NCBI GenBank assembly: GCA_964561995.1
Contig: CAZLQZ010000004.1
Location: 16,717-80,716, forward strand
Reading direction: 5' to 3'
From: an uncultured Methanosarcinales archaeon
GTDB taxonomy: Archaea; Nanobdellota; Nanobdellia; Woesearchaeales; JABIAG01
Length of the DNA: 64,000 nucleotides
The notes under the pieces are model-generated. The model worked only from the letters and a program-made list of their open reading frames with translations. It was not told the DNA's origin and searched no databases. How positions within the stretch are numbered: the stretch's first letter is position 1; the number at the start of each line of letters is the position of its first letter. A program made the translations under genes and the position numbers. Positions 9,542-18,615 of this stretch are shown in pieces.

Positions 9542-10312
9542 ATGTTTTACTCACCAAAAGAATATCCTACTAAATCATTTATTTCTATTACATTAATTGT
9601 TTTAATTGGAATATTGGGGTCTGTTTATGTTCATCCTTTATTTCTTATTGCTGCTTTATTATACTGGATGCAGTACACTTCGGTTTTATCTTTTTCACAA
9701 TTCAAGAATAAATCTACACACAAAATTAATAGTTTAACGGGATTATTTCTTCAATCGATAGTGAGATTTGTAGTCTTTGAAATGTTAGCAGTTATTGGAA
9801 TTTTGTTTTATTTGCTTGCCGATAATGTGACCTTTGGAATATTTGCTTTGTTAGTCTGGTGGTTATTTGCTGTAAATTTTTATTTTTATTACACAAAAAA
9901 GTACTGGGTAATGATTATTTTAGGAATTATTGTATTTGTGACTTTGTTTTTAACTAATAGTGACAATATTATTGTTGAAATTTTAAATTTCTTTTTTATT
10001 ACTGTACCTTTATTGAAATTTTATAATTTTATTTTTTCGATAATGATTGCAATATTTGTTTATTTTTTGATAATTCGTTTTATTAATAAAAAAACAACTT
10101 CTGCCGGGTCTTTATTCTTTATTCTGTTATTTATTAGTCTAGGTATTGGTGCTTTTATAGAAATAATCATATATGAATTTTATTTTTATTCTTTATATCC
10201 CAATTTAGTGAATTATGTTGCTTCACAGATTATTGGTTTAATTTCTATTTTTTCAGGTTCATTAATTGGTTCTATTATTGTTGTTAGTCTTTTGTTTAAG
10301 AAACGGAAATAG
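9542..10312 (+). CDS. Polytopic membrane protein, hypothetical
   Basis: About 7 hydrophobic helices; no motif. Confidence 0.4.
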   Translation: MFYSPKEYPTKSFISITLIVLIGILGSVYVHPLFLIAALLYWMQYTSVLSFSQFKNKSTHKINSLTGLFLQSIVRFVVFEMLAVIGILFYLLADNVTFGIFALLVWWLFAVNFYFYYTKKYWVMIILGIIVFVTLFLTNSDNIIVEILNFFFITVPLLKFYNFIFSIMIAIFVYFLIIRFINKKTTSAGSLFFILLFISLGIGAFIEIIIYEFYFYSLYPNLVNYVASQIIGLISIFSGSLIGSIIVVSLLFKKRK

Positions 10313-10372
10313 AGTCTGCTCAATCAAAACCTTTATAAAATGCATAAAAATTTTATATATAGGTGATAAACA

Positions 10373-10795
10373 ATGCCAATCATAGGAACACATTTTACAA
10401 AAATTAATGTTGAAAACAAAAGAAAAGGTATGAGAAACTTAAAAGTTAACAATAATTTAGGAATTTCTAATATCGAAAAAATGGACTTAGAACTAGGAAG
10501 TGCAAAACAAAGTGGTGTTAGATTCGTTTTTGAATATACTACAAAATATGAACCTGATGCAGCAGAAATGATTTTTGAAGGCGAAGTTCTTTTTATTGAA
10601 GATGAAAAGAAAGTTGCTGAAATTTTAAATAATTGGAAAGATAAAAAACCAATTGATGATGATATTATGGCAAGAGTTATGAATTCTGCTTTAACTAAGT
10701 CTACAATTAAAGCTTTAAGTCTTTCTCAAGATATGAATCTGCCAGCTCCTGTTAAGTTGCCAAAGATTACTAAAAAAGAAGAAGCTAAGCAATAA
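10373..10795 (+). CDS. Hypothetical protein upstream of CDC48
   Basis: 140-aa ORF with an RBS-like context. Confidence 0.35.
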   Translation: MPIIGTHFTKINVENKRKGMRNLKVNNNLGISNIEKMDLELGSAKQSGVRFVFEYTTKYEPDAAEMIFEGEVLFIEDEKKVAEILNNWKDKKPIDDDIMARVMNSALTKSTIKALSLSQDMNLPAPVKLPKITKKEEAKQ

Positions 10796-10828
10796 GCTTT
10801 TTAAATTCTTTATTCTTTTATTTATAAT

Positions 10829-13696
10829 ATGAAAAAAGAAGATGTAACTTTAAAAGTTGCTGAAGCAATTCAGGATGATGTTGAAAAAGGAATTGTTCGT
10901 ATAGATTCTGCTTTTATGAAAGATTTAGAAGTTAATCCCGGAGATGTTATTGAAATCGAAGGAGAAAGAAAAACTTCTGCAATTGTTGATCGTTCTTATC
11001 CAGGTGATATTGGTTTAGATATAATTCGAATGGATGGTTTAATTCGAAGAAATGCTAAGACCGGTTTGGGTGAGACTGTTAAAATTAGAAAAATTGACGT
11101 TAGGGAAGCTAAGAAAGTTACAATTGCTCCTGCTAAAAAGGGAATTGTTGTAAGAGCTTCTCCTGTAACATTTAAAAGAGGTTTATTGGGAAGGTCAGTA
11201 GTTAAAGGTGATATTGTTTCTTTGGGTGGAGTAAGAAGAAGAAAAAATGCAATGAGTGATAATCCTTTTTTTAATGAAATATTTTCAATGCAAGAAGAGA
11301 AATTTGGAAACTTTTTTGCAGATTTAAAATTTATTGTTGTTGCAACAGATTCAAAAACACCAGTAATAATTGGTGAAAATACAGAAGTTACTATTAATCC
11401 TGAATCAGTCGAGATTTCAGATGAAACTGTTCCAGATGTTTCTTATGAAGATATTGGCGGGTTAGATGATGAATTGAAAAAAGTAAGAGAGATGGTAGAA
11501 TTACCATTAAAACATCCTGAAGTTTTTGAAAGATTAGGTATTGAACCTCCTAAAGGGGTGTTAATGCATGGTCCCCCTGGAACTGGTAAAACTTTGCTTG
11601 CAAAGGCTGTAGCTAACGAAACTAATGCTCACTTTATTTTAATTAACGGTCCTGAAATAATGTCTAAATTTTATGGGGAATCTGAAGCAAATTTAAGAAA
11701 GAAGTTTGAAGAAGCTGAAAAAAATGCTCCTTCTATTGTATTTATTGATGAAATTGATGCAATTGCTTCAAAAAGAGAAGAAACTCATGGTGAAGTTGAA
11801 AAAAGAGTTGTTGCTCAATTATTGGCAATAATGGACGGTTTACAATCTAGAGGAAAAGTAATAGTTATTGCTGCTTCTAATATTCCTCACGCTTTAGACC
11901 CTGCGTTAAGAAGACCTGGAAGATTTGATAGAGAGTTAGAAATTGGTGTTCCTGGAAAAGATGCAAGACTTCAAATTTTAAAGATTCATACTAGAAATAT
12001 GCCATTAAAAGGCAGTTTGTATGCTGAAAATATTAAACCATTAGTTCTTGATGAAATAGATGTCAAAATTAAAAATATTAATCTTCAAACAATTAGTAAA
12101 GAAGAAATGTTAAATCAAAAAGAAGATAAATTAAAAGGGCTTAATAATGAACTTGAAAATTCTAAAAAACAAATTAATGATTTACAAAAACAAATCAGTT
12201 CATTAGATATAGAAAAAGAAACATCAGACCAAAGTATGATTTACAAGATTTTAGATTCAATAAAAAGGCTTACTAATCAAAAGTCAAGTTTAGAAAAAGA
12301 AGTTCAAAATTTTAAAGAATCAATTGATGAACAAGAAAAAGAAATAAGTAAAATTAAATCAGAAATTGAAGATTTCAAATCAGGCATTATTAAAATTGAA
12401 AATGTTTTAGTAGAATTAAAAGAAGATAAATCCAAAATTAATGATTTAACAAATGAGATTATTGATTTAGAAGTTAGTGTTAGAAATCGTAGTTTATCGG
12501 ACCCTAGAGGTTTAATTTCTCAAAATAAAATTAGTGAATTATATCCAGTTCTTATGTCACATAATATAGTTTCCTTAATCTTGGACAAAGCAAGTCAAAA
12601 AGGAATTGTTAAAGATTTAGAGTCAATTTCAGAAATTACTCACGGTTTTGTTGGAGCAGATGTTTCAGCATTAGCAAAGGAAGCCGCTATGACTGTATTA
12701 AGAGAAGTATTTCCAGATATTCAAAATAAAGAAGAGGATGAAGCTATTCCAAGAGATGTTCTTGAAAAATTATTTATTACAAAACAAGATTTTTATAATG
12801 CTTTAAAAGTTGTTAGACCGTCAGCAATGAGAGAAGTTTTAGTGGAAGTTCCATCTGTTAAATGGGAAGATGTTGGTGGATTAGAAGATGCAAGACAAGA
12901 ATTACTTGAAGCTATTGAATGGCCATTAAAAAATCCTGAAGCTTTCAAAAGATTAGGTATTAGTCCTCCAAAAGGCGTATTGTTATATGGTCCTCCTGGA
13001 ACTGGTAAAACTTTACTTGCAAAAGCTGTGGCAACTGAAACACAAGCTAATTTTATTTCAATTAAAGGTCCTGAATTATTATCCAAATGGGTTGGTGAAT
13101 CTGAAAAAGCAATAAGAGAAATTTTTAAAAAAGCAAGGCAAACTTCACCAACAGTTATTTTCTTTGATGAAATTGATTCGATTGCTCCTGGAAGAAATCA
13201 ATCTTCAGAATCAAGTGTTACTCAAAGAGTTGTTAATCAATTGCTTACTGAATTAGATGGTTTAGAAGAATTACACAATGTAGTTGTTATTGCAGCAACT
13301 AATCGTCCAGATATAATGGATGCCGCATTATTAAGACCTGGAAGATTTGATAGAATTTTATTAACTCCTGTTCCGGATAAAAAAGCAAGGTTGAAGATAT
13401 TTGAAGTTCATACTAAAGAGATGCCTTTAAAAGATGTTAATTTAGATATTTTAGCCGATAAAACAGATGGTTATGTTGGAGCTGATATTGAAGCGATTTG
13501 TAGAGAAGCTGCAATTATTGCATTAAGAAAAAGTATGGATGCTAAAGAAGTTACTTTTGAACATTTTGAAAAAGCATTAGAAAAAGTTCATGCTTCAGTA
13601 AATAAAGATATTCAAGATTCTTATGAAAATCTTGAAAAAAATTTCAGGATGAAAAAAGCTAAGGAAATTAACGAATCTGTTAATTATATGGGTTAA
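10829..13696 (+). CDS. cdc48: CDC48/VCP-like AAA+ ATPase (N domain plus D1 and D2) with a ~210-aa coiled-coil insertion in the D1 lid
   Basis: Two Walker A (GPPGTGKT) and Walker B (DEID) boxes; SRH regions; N-terminal double-psi barrel. An insertion sits between HTRNMPL and [19 protein letters not shown]. Confidence 0.9.
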   Translation: MKKEDVTLKVAEAIQDDVEKGIVRIDSAFMKDLEVNPGDVIEIEGERKTSAIVDRSYPGDIGLDIIRMDGLIRRNAKTGLGETVKIRKIDVREAKKVTIAPAKKGIVVRASPVTFKRGLLGRSVVKGDIVSLGGVRRRKNAMSDNPFFNEIFSMQEEKFGNFFADLKFIVVATDSKTPVIIGENTEVTINPESVEISDETVPDVSYEDIGGLDDELKKVREMVELPLKHPEVFERLGIEPPKGVLMHGPPGTGKTLLAKAVANETNAHFILINGPEIMSKFYGESEANLRKKFEEAEKNAPSIVFIDEIDAIASKREETHGEVEKRVVAQLLAIMDGLQSRGKVIVIAASNIPHALDPALRRPGRFDRELEIGVPGKDARLQILKIHTRNMPLKGSLYAENIKPLVLDEIDVKIKNINLQTISKEEMLNQKEDKLKGLNNELENSKKQINDLQKQISSLDIEKETSDQSMIYKILDSIKRLTNQKSSLEKEVQNFKESIDEQEKEISKIKSEIEDFKSGIIKIENVLVELKEDKSKINDLTNEIIDLEVSVRNRSLSDPRGLISQNKISELYPVLMSHNIVSLILDKASQKGIVKDLESISEITHGFVGADVSALAKEAAMTVLREVFPDIQNKEEDEAIPRDVLEKLFITKQDFYNALKVVRPSAMREVLVEVPSVKWEDVGGLEDARQELLEAIEWPLKNPEAFKRLGISPPKGVLLYGPPGTGKTLLAKAVATETQANFISIKGPELLSKWVGESEKAIREIFKKARQTSPTVIFFDEIDSIAPGRNQSSESSVTQRVVNQLLTELDGLEELHNVVVIAATNRPDIMDAALLRPGRFDRILLTPVPDKKARLKIFEVHTKEMPLKDVNLDILADKTDGYVGADIEAICREAAIIALRKSMDAKEVTFEHFEKALEKVHASVNKDIQDSYENLEKNFRMKKAKEINESVNYMG

Positions 13697-13698
13697 TA

Positions 13699-14103
13699 AT
13701 GAAAATTGCTATATGTGGGAGTATGTCAGCTGCCAAAGAAATGGTTGAAGTTAAAGATTTCTTAGAAAAAAAAGGTCATAAAATTCATATTCAAGATGAT
13801 ATAATGGATTTTGTTGAAGGTAAAAGAACAGATGAAGATAAATGGAGAAAGATTGAAATTGATCCGTTTAAAAATTATTTTGAAGTTATAAAAAGTTGTG
13901 ATGCAATCATAGTTGTTAATGTTGAAAAAAAAGGTGTTAAAGGTTACATTGGTGGCAATTCACTAATTGAGATGGCATTTGCTCATGTTTTGGATAAAAA
14001 AATTTATTTATTATGTGAAATCCCGAAGTTAAGTTATACTGATGAAATTGCAGCTTTTCAACCTATTTTATTAAATGAAAATATTGGAAATTTGGAGGAA
14101 TAA
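13699..14103 (+). CDS. Small Rossmann-like protein (nucleoside 2-deoxyribosyltransferase-like, tentative)
   Basis: MKIAICGSM...YIGGNSLIEMAFAHVLDKKIYLL pattern; 134 aa. Confidence 0.3.
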   Translation: MKIAICGSMSAAKEMVEVKDFLEKKGHKIHIQDDIMDFVEGKRTDEDKWRKIEIDPFKNYFEVIKSCDAIIVVNVEKKGVKGYIGGNSLIEMAFAHVLDKKIYLLCEIPKLSYTDEIAAFQPILLNENIGNLEE

Positions 14104-14104
14104 A

Positions 14105-14416
14105 ATGTTACTAAGCACAACAGATAATTTAGAAAAAAAATATGAAGTTTTAGGATTAGTTAAAGGTAATACTATTCAAAGTAGGCATGTAGGAAGAGAT
14201 ATTATGGCTGGTTTTAAACAAATAATTGGTGGAGAGATTAAGAGTTATACTCAAATGTTAGACAAAGCTAGGCAACAAGCAGTTAAAAGAATGGAAGATG
14301 AAGCAAAAGAACTTGGTGCTGATGCAATTATTGAAATTCGGTTTACGACATCATCTATTATGCAGGCAGCTTCTGAAGTATTAGCTTATGGTACTGCAAT
14401 AAAATATTTACAATGA
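14105..14416 (+). CDS. YbjQ/UPF0145 family protein
   Basis: MLLSTTDNLEKKYEVLGLVKG...ADAIIEIRF matches the UPF0145 pattern; start chosen at the internal ATG after the stop of the preceding gene. Confidence 0.6.
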   Translation: MLLSTTDNLEKKYEVLGLVKGNTIQSRHVGRDIMAGFKQIIGGEIKSYTQMLDKARQQAVKRMEDEAKELGADAIIEIRFTTSSIMQAASEVLAYGTAIKYLQ

Positions 14417-15135
14417 AACTTTTTGAATTAATTGAATTTTTAAATAATGAATTAGATTTATCTATTGAAGATAGTTCTAATAATGGATTACAAGTAGGTA
14501 CTGATAAAGAAATTAAAAAAATAGGTTTTGCAGTTGATGCAAATTTAGAAACTTTCAAAAAAGCTAAAGAAAACAAGTGTGACTTGTTAATTGTTCATCA
14601 TGGAATAAGTTGGAATGATTCTTTAAAACATATTACAGGAAATAATTATGATAGGGTTGGTTTTTTAATTGAAAATAATTTAGCTTTAGTAGCTTATCAT
14701 TTGCCATTAGATTGTCATAAAGTTTTAGGAAATAATATTCAAATTGCTCAATTATTGGGTTTAAGAAAAGTTAAACCTTTTGATGTTGGTTTTGTTGGTG
14801 AGCTAAGACAAGATTTAGATCCTGAAACAATGTCAAAAGCATTAGAAAATATATTGAAAACAAAATGTAAAAATTTATTTTATGGTAAAAATTTAATTCA
14901 TTCTGTAGCGATTATTTCCGGAGGAGCGGGAAGAGATATTGAAGATGCTTCTAAAATTGCAGATTGTTTTATTACTGGTGAAATTAATTATGGTCATGAA
15001 ACAATAGCTAAAGAAGTTAAAATAAATGTAATTGTTGCAGGCCACTATGAAACTGAAACTTTAGGTCTAAAAGCTTTGATGAAATTTTTGAATAGAAAAA
15101 CTGATTCTGAATTGGTTTTTATAGAATCATATTAA
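14413..15135 (+). CDS. NIF3/YqfO family metal-binding protein
   Basis: LIVHHGISW and AYHLPLDCH motifs of the dinuclear-metal NIF3 family. Confidence 0.7.
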   Translation: MKLFELIEFLNNELDLSIEDSSNNGLQVGTDKEIKKIGFAVDANLETFKKAKENKCDLLIVHHGISWNDSLKHITGNNYDRVGFLIENNLALVAYHLPLDCHKVLGNNIQIAQLLGLRKVKPFDVGFVGELRQDLDPETMSKALENILKTKCKNLFYGKNLIHSVAIISGGAGRDIEDASKIADCFITGEINYGHETIAKEVKINVIVAGHYETETLGLKALMKFLNRKTDSELVFIESY

Positions 15136-15224
15136 GTTATTTATTAATGATCTTTTTATAAATCTAGTATGTATTTTAAAGTCTACGAAAGCTTATAAGC
15201 AAATTTTTATTAAATTTAATTAGG

Positions 15225-17180
15225 ATGCAGGCAGACGAAATACTAAAAAGGCAAATTTCTGAGGGAGTTATGCGTATGCAAGTTAACGACCCTAAATATG
15301 ATGGATTGGTTTCTGTTATGAGGTTACTTGCTTCTAATCATAAACTTTCTCGAGATCCTGAAATAAAATCTTTTTTAAGAGATATAGGGGAGCCAACTGT
15401 TGATCATTTAAGAGTGGGTTACCTAGACCCAGTAAGACATTATTTAAGAGAATTAGGACATGAAGAAGTTTTAATTCCTGAAGTAAGAGAAGTAAAAGAA
15501 CTTGAAGAAAGGGTAAAAGAATTAGAATTAGTTAATGCAGATTTAAAAACTAAATCATTATTAAATATTTCTTCAAAAGATGGGAAAAAAGTTTTACCTT
15601 TAAATTCAGGACTTGAAAAATCAAGTGGAAGTTTATCATCAAATCTTTCTGATTCATTAGATAAAAGAGTTTTTGGCGAAACTAATAGTGTAAATGGCGG
15701 GGAAAATAATACTGAATCTGGGAATCAAACTAAAACTGGTTTTAGGTTTGCAAAAGCATTAGCAGAATACGATAATCATTCTTTTCAATCTGCAAGAACA
15801 GTTGGTGCTTTAGAGCATCATGGTTACTTAAAAAGGGATGGTAATGATTATTTTACTGATGAGTCGATTAAAAAAGTTCAAAACTACATGAAAGATAAAA
15901 CTTATTTTTGTGAAGTGGTTGATAAATTGAGTGAAACTTTTGGTTTATCAAAACCATCTATAAGAAACAAAGTTGATGATTTTTTAATTAATCGAGGTAA
16001 AGGTACTAATTCAATATTGGTTTTTGAAGGTACTGTTGATGAATTAATAGAAAAATCAAAAAAGAATTCTTCAACTCCTATAAGTAAAAGTAAGAAAACT
16101 GTTCAAGATGTAAATTCTTCAAAACCAACAATTACTTTTGATTATATTTTAAAAGAAAGATCTGATGTTGTTCCGTGTATTACTTATTTGTGTAAAATTG
16201 TTAGTGCAGGAAATTTAATTAGAGTGGGTATGGGTCTTATCGATAAGGAATCTTTTGAAGATTTTGCGCAAAAAAGAAGTAATTATACTTATCTTAAGGA
16301 TTCTATTAATTTATTTGCTAAAGATGTAAGGTTTGCACAACCAAGAATTAAATCCATTTTAAGGGAATCAAATTTAGTTGAAAATATTGGAACTGAAGGC
16401 AAAGGTGGAGTTGAATGGTATGAAAAAATAAAAGAAGGTGAGATATTATTTAGACTAAGAAGAGAACCTCAACAAAAAAAGAAATTATATTTTTATGAAG
16501 ATGTCAAATCTGTTTATAATAGTAATGAAGATTTATTTTTCGATGTTAATGCTGTAAGAGCTATGGCAGATTTTGATATTTTAAAAACTAATGAAAAGGG
16601 AGAAATTTTAACTGATTCTGTCAAGTCACTTAATCGTGCATTTATATTCTCTGAATATCAATATATTACGTTAGAAGAAATTGCAAAAGAAACTGGATTA
16701 GAAGGTTTAACCGAAAATGATTTAGGAGAGGCAAGAAGGTATTTGGCACAAGTTGCCCAAATTAATGGAAATCCTGTTTATGTTGTAGAAAAGAATAATA
16801 AAGACGTAGTAATTAATTTATGTTCTAAAGACTTATTATATTCAAGTAAAGAAAATATTATTTCTTCATTAAATCCTTGGGAAGAAGATAGTAATATGTT
16901 TGGACATCGGTATGCTTTAGCTGCCCAAGCAATAAAAGAAGGTATTTTTGATATGCCTGTTTATCTAGGTTTTAAAGAACAATTTGAATCTGCAGTTAAA
17001 GCTTCAGGAAGTGATTCTGTTTTTGCATTGTTTATGGGTGCTGGCAGAAAAGCTGGAATTCCGGATTATAGAAAATTACAATGTTCTATAAATGATATTC
17101 AAAACAGTCCTCACGCTCATGATACCATACTTCATTTTCTCGAGAATTTGGATGAGAAGGTTCAACCACAAGTGAGTTAA
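15225..17180 (+). CDS. Large orphan protein (651 aa) with a sigma-70 region-1.2-like motif and a region-4.2-like HTH start
   Basis: LDPVRHYLRELG resembles the conserved sigma-70 region-1.2 segment (recalled E. coli form DPVRMYMREMG); ITLEEIAKETGL resembles the start of the region-4.2 HTH; the rest is unrecognised. 3' end overlaps the convergent sigma gene. Confidence 0.5.
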   Translation: MQADEILKRQISEGVMRMQVNDPKYDGLVSVMRLLASNHKLSRDPEIKSFLRDIGEPTVDHLRVGYLDPVRHYLRELGHEEVLIPEVREVKELEERVKELELVNADLKTKSLLNISSKDGKKVLPLNSGLEKSSGSLSSNLSDSLDKRVFGETNSVNGGENNTESGNQTKTGFRFAKALAEYDNHSFQSARTVGALEHHGYLKRDGNDYFTDESIKKVQNYMKDKTYFCEVVDKLSETFGLSKPSIRNKVDDFLINRGKGTNSILVFEGTVDELIEKSKKNSSTPISKSKKTVQDVNSSKPTITFDYILKERSDVVPCITYLCKIVSAGNLIRVGMGLIDKESFEDFAQKRSNYTYLKDSINLFAKDVRFAQPRIKSILRESNLVENIGTEGKGGVEWYEKIKEGEILFRLRREPQQKKKLYFYEDVKSVYNSNEDLFFDVNAVRAMADFDILKTNEKGEILTDSVKSLNRAFIFSEYQYITLEEIAKETGLEGLTENDLGEARRYLAQVAQINGNPVYVVEKNNKDVVINLCSKDLLYSSKENIISSLNPWEEDSNMFGHRYALAAQAIKEGIFDMPVYLGFKEQFESAVKASGSDSVFALFMGAGRKAGIPDYRKLQCSINDIQNSPHAHDTILHFLENLDEKVQPQVS

Positions 17181-18531
17181 TATTTTCTAATGGTGTTGTT
17201 GAATTATTATCTTCAGGCAATAATGATAATTTTTTTGCAATAAAATAAATTCCTTCATATTCAGTTTGTTTAACTTCTTCTTCACTCCAATTAAGTTGAG
17301 AAGCAGTTTGCTTATAATCTTGGTTTTCAACATAAAGTTTATCTAAAACTAATTTTTGTTTAACATCATAAATTAAATCGATTGTTTCTTCAAATTGATC
17401 TAAACCATCTAATTCAGATAAAATTTTATATAATAAGTCGTTAGTTGGGTCAACAAATTTTATTTCTCCTCTTTTAAATCTTTGATAATCTGTTTTCCAA
17501 TTTTGTTTAGTTATTTTTGAAGGAGTTTTAATTTCTTTTGATTGTTTTGTTGTACTAATAATTGTTTCTAAATTTTCAGTTTTTTTAACAACTTTTTCTT
17601 TTAATAATTTTGTTTTAGTTTTTTCTCTTTTTTTATGAAGATAATCAATTTTAACAATTTTTCCTTTTGTTTCAATAGGTATAATTGGAGAAAAATCTGT
17701 TTCTTTTTCATAATCGGTTGTGTTTTTATCCATTAATCTATTAAGCTCGGAAAGTGCTTTTTGTTGTAGTTGTCTTACTCTCTCTCTAGTTCTTCCGATT
17801 AGTTTTGAAACCGATTCTAATGTTTTTGGTTCTTGTCCATTAAGGCCAAATCTATGAGTTAAAATTAATCTTTCTCTTTTCTCTAACTTTGGTAATAATT
17901 TGCAAGCATTTTTTGCTAATTCTTCTATTTTTCTTCTTTCAAATTCTGGATCTTCTTGTCCTAAATAAATTTCTTCAAAAGTTTTTTTGCCATATTGTTC
18001 AATTGGTGCGTCAATTGATATTGTGGTCGTTTTTATACTTTTTAAGCTTATTATTGTTCTAATAGTATAGCCAGTATATTCTGCTAATTCTTTATCAGTT
18101 GGTTTTCTGCTTAAATCTTCTGTTAAAACATTTTCTGCTTTTCGTATCTTAATAATTTTAGAATTGCTTTGAACTGGAATTCTTACTGTTTTTGCTTGAT
18201 TATTTATTGCTCTTCGCATACCTTGTTTAATCCACCAAGAAGCATAAGAAGAAAATTTAGCACCTTTTGCGGGGTCAAACTTTTCAACAGCTCGTATCAT
18301 TCCAATATTACCTTCAGAAATCAAATCTTGTAAAGGTAATCCTAAACCTTTAAAATTGTGAGCAATTTTAACAACTAATCTTAAATTACTCTCAATTAGT
18401 TTTTCTTTTGCTCTTTTTTCACCTTTTTTAATTCTGGCTGCTAGTTCTACTTCTTCTTCCCTAGTAATTAAAGGAAATCGATTAATCATTCGATAATAAC
18501 TTTTAATTGTATCTCCATTATTAATTTCCAT
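17086..18531 (-). CDS. Sigma-70 family RNA polymerase sigma factor (regions 1.2, 2, 3, 4) with a novel ~200-aa C-terminal extension
   Basis: LVVKIAHNFKGLGLPLQDLISEGNIGMIRAVEKFDPAKGAKFSSYASWWIKQGMRRAI (regions 2.1-2.4) and LESVSKLIGRTRERVRQLQQKALSELNRL (region 4.2) are near-consensus RpoD sequence. Confidence 0.75.
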   Translation of the reverse strand: MEINNGDTIKSYYRMINRFPLITREEEVELAARIKKGEKRAKEKLIESNLRLVVKIAHNFKGLGLPLQDLISEGNIGMIRAVEKFDPAKGAKFSSYASWWIKQGMRRAINNQAKTVRIPVQSNSKIIKIRKAENVLTEDLSRKPTDKELAEYTGYTIRTIISLKSIKTTTISIDAPIEQYGKKTFEEIYLGQEDPEFERRKIEELAKNACKLLPKLEKRERLILTHRFGLNGQEPKTLESVSKLIGRTRERVRQLQQKALSELNRLMDKNTTDYEKETDFSPIIPIETKGKIVKIDYLHKKREKTKTKLLKEKVVKKTENLETIISTTKQSKEIKTPSKITKQNWKTDYQRFKRGEIKFVDPTNDLLYKILSELDGLDQFEETIDLIYDVKQKLVLDKLYVENQDYKQTASQLNWSEEEVKQTEYEGIYFIAKKLSLLPEDNNSTTPLENINSLVVEPSHPNSRENEVWYHEREDCFEYHL

Positions 18532-18615
18532 TTATTTAGTATTTTGTTTGTTGTTTTAAAGATTTTCATACTTAAACAGAAACAATTTTATAGTAGTTAT
18601 TTCATAAAATACATA

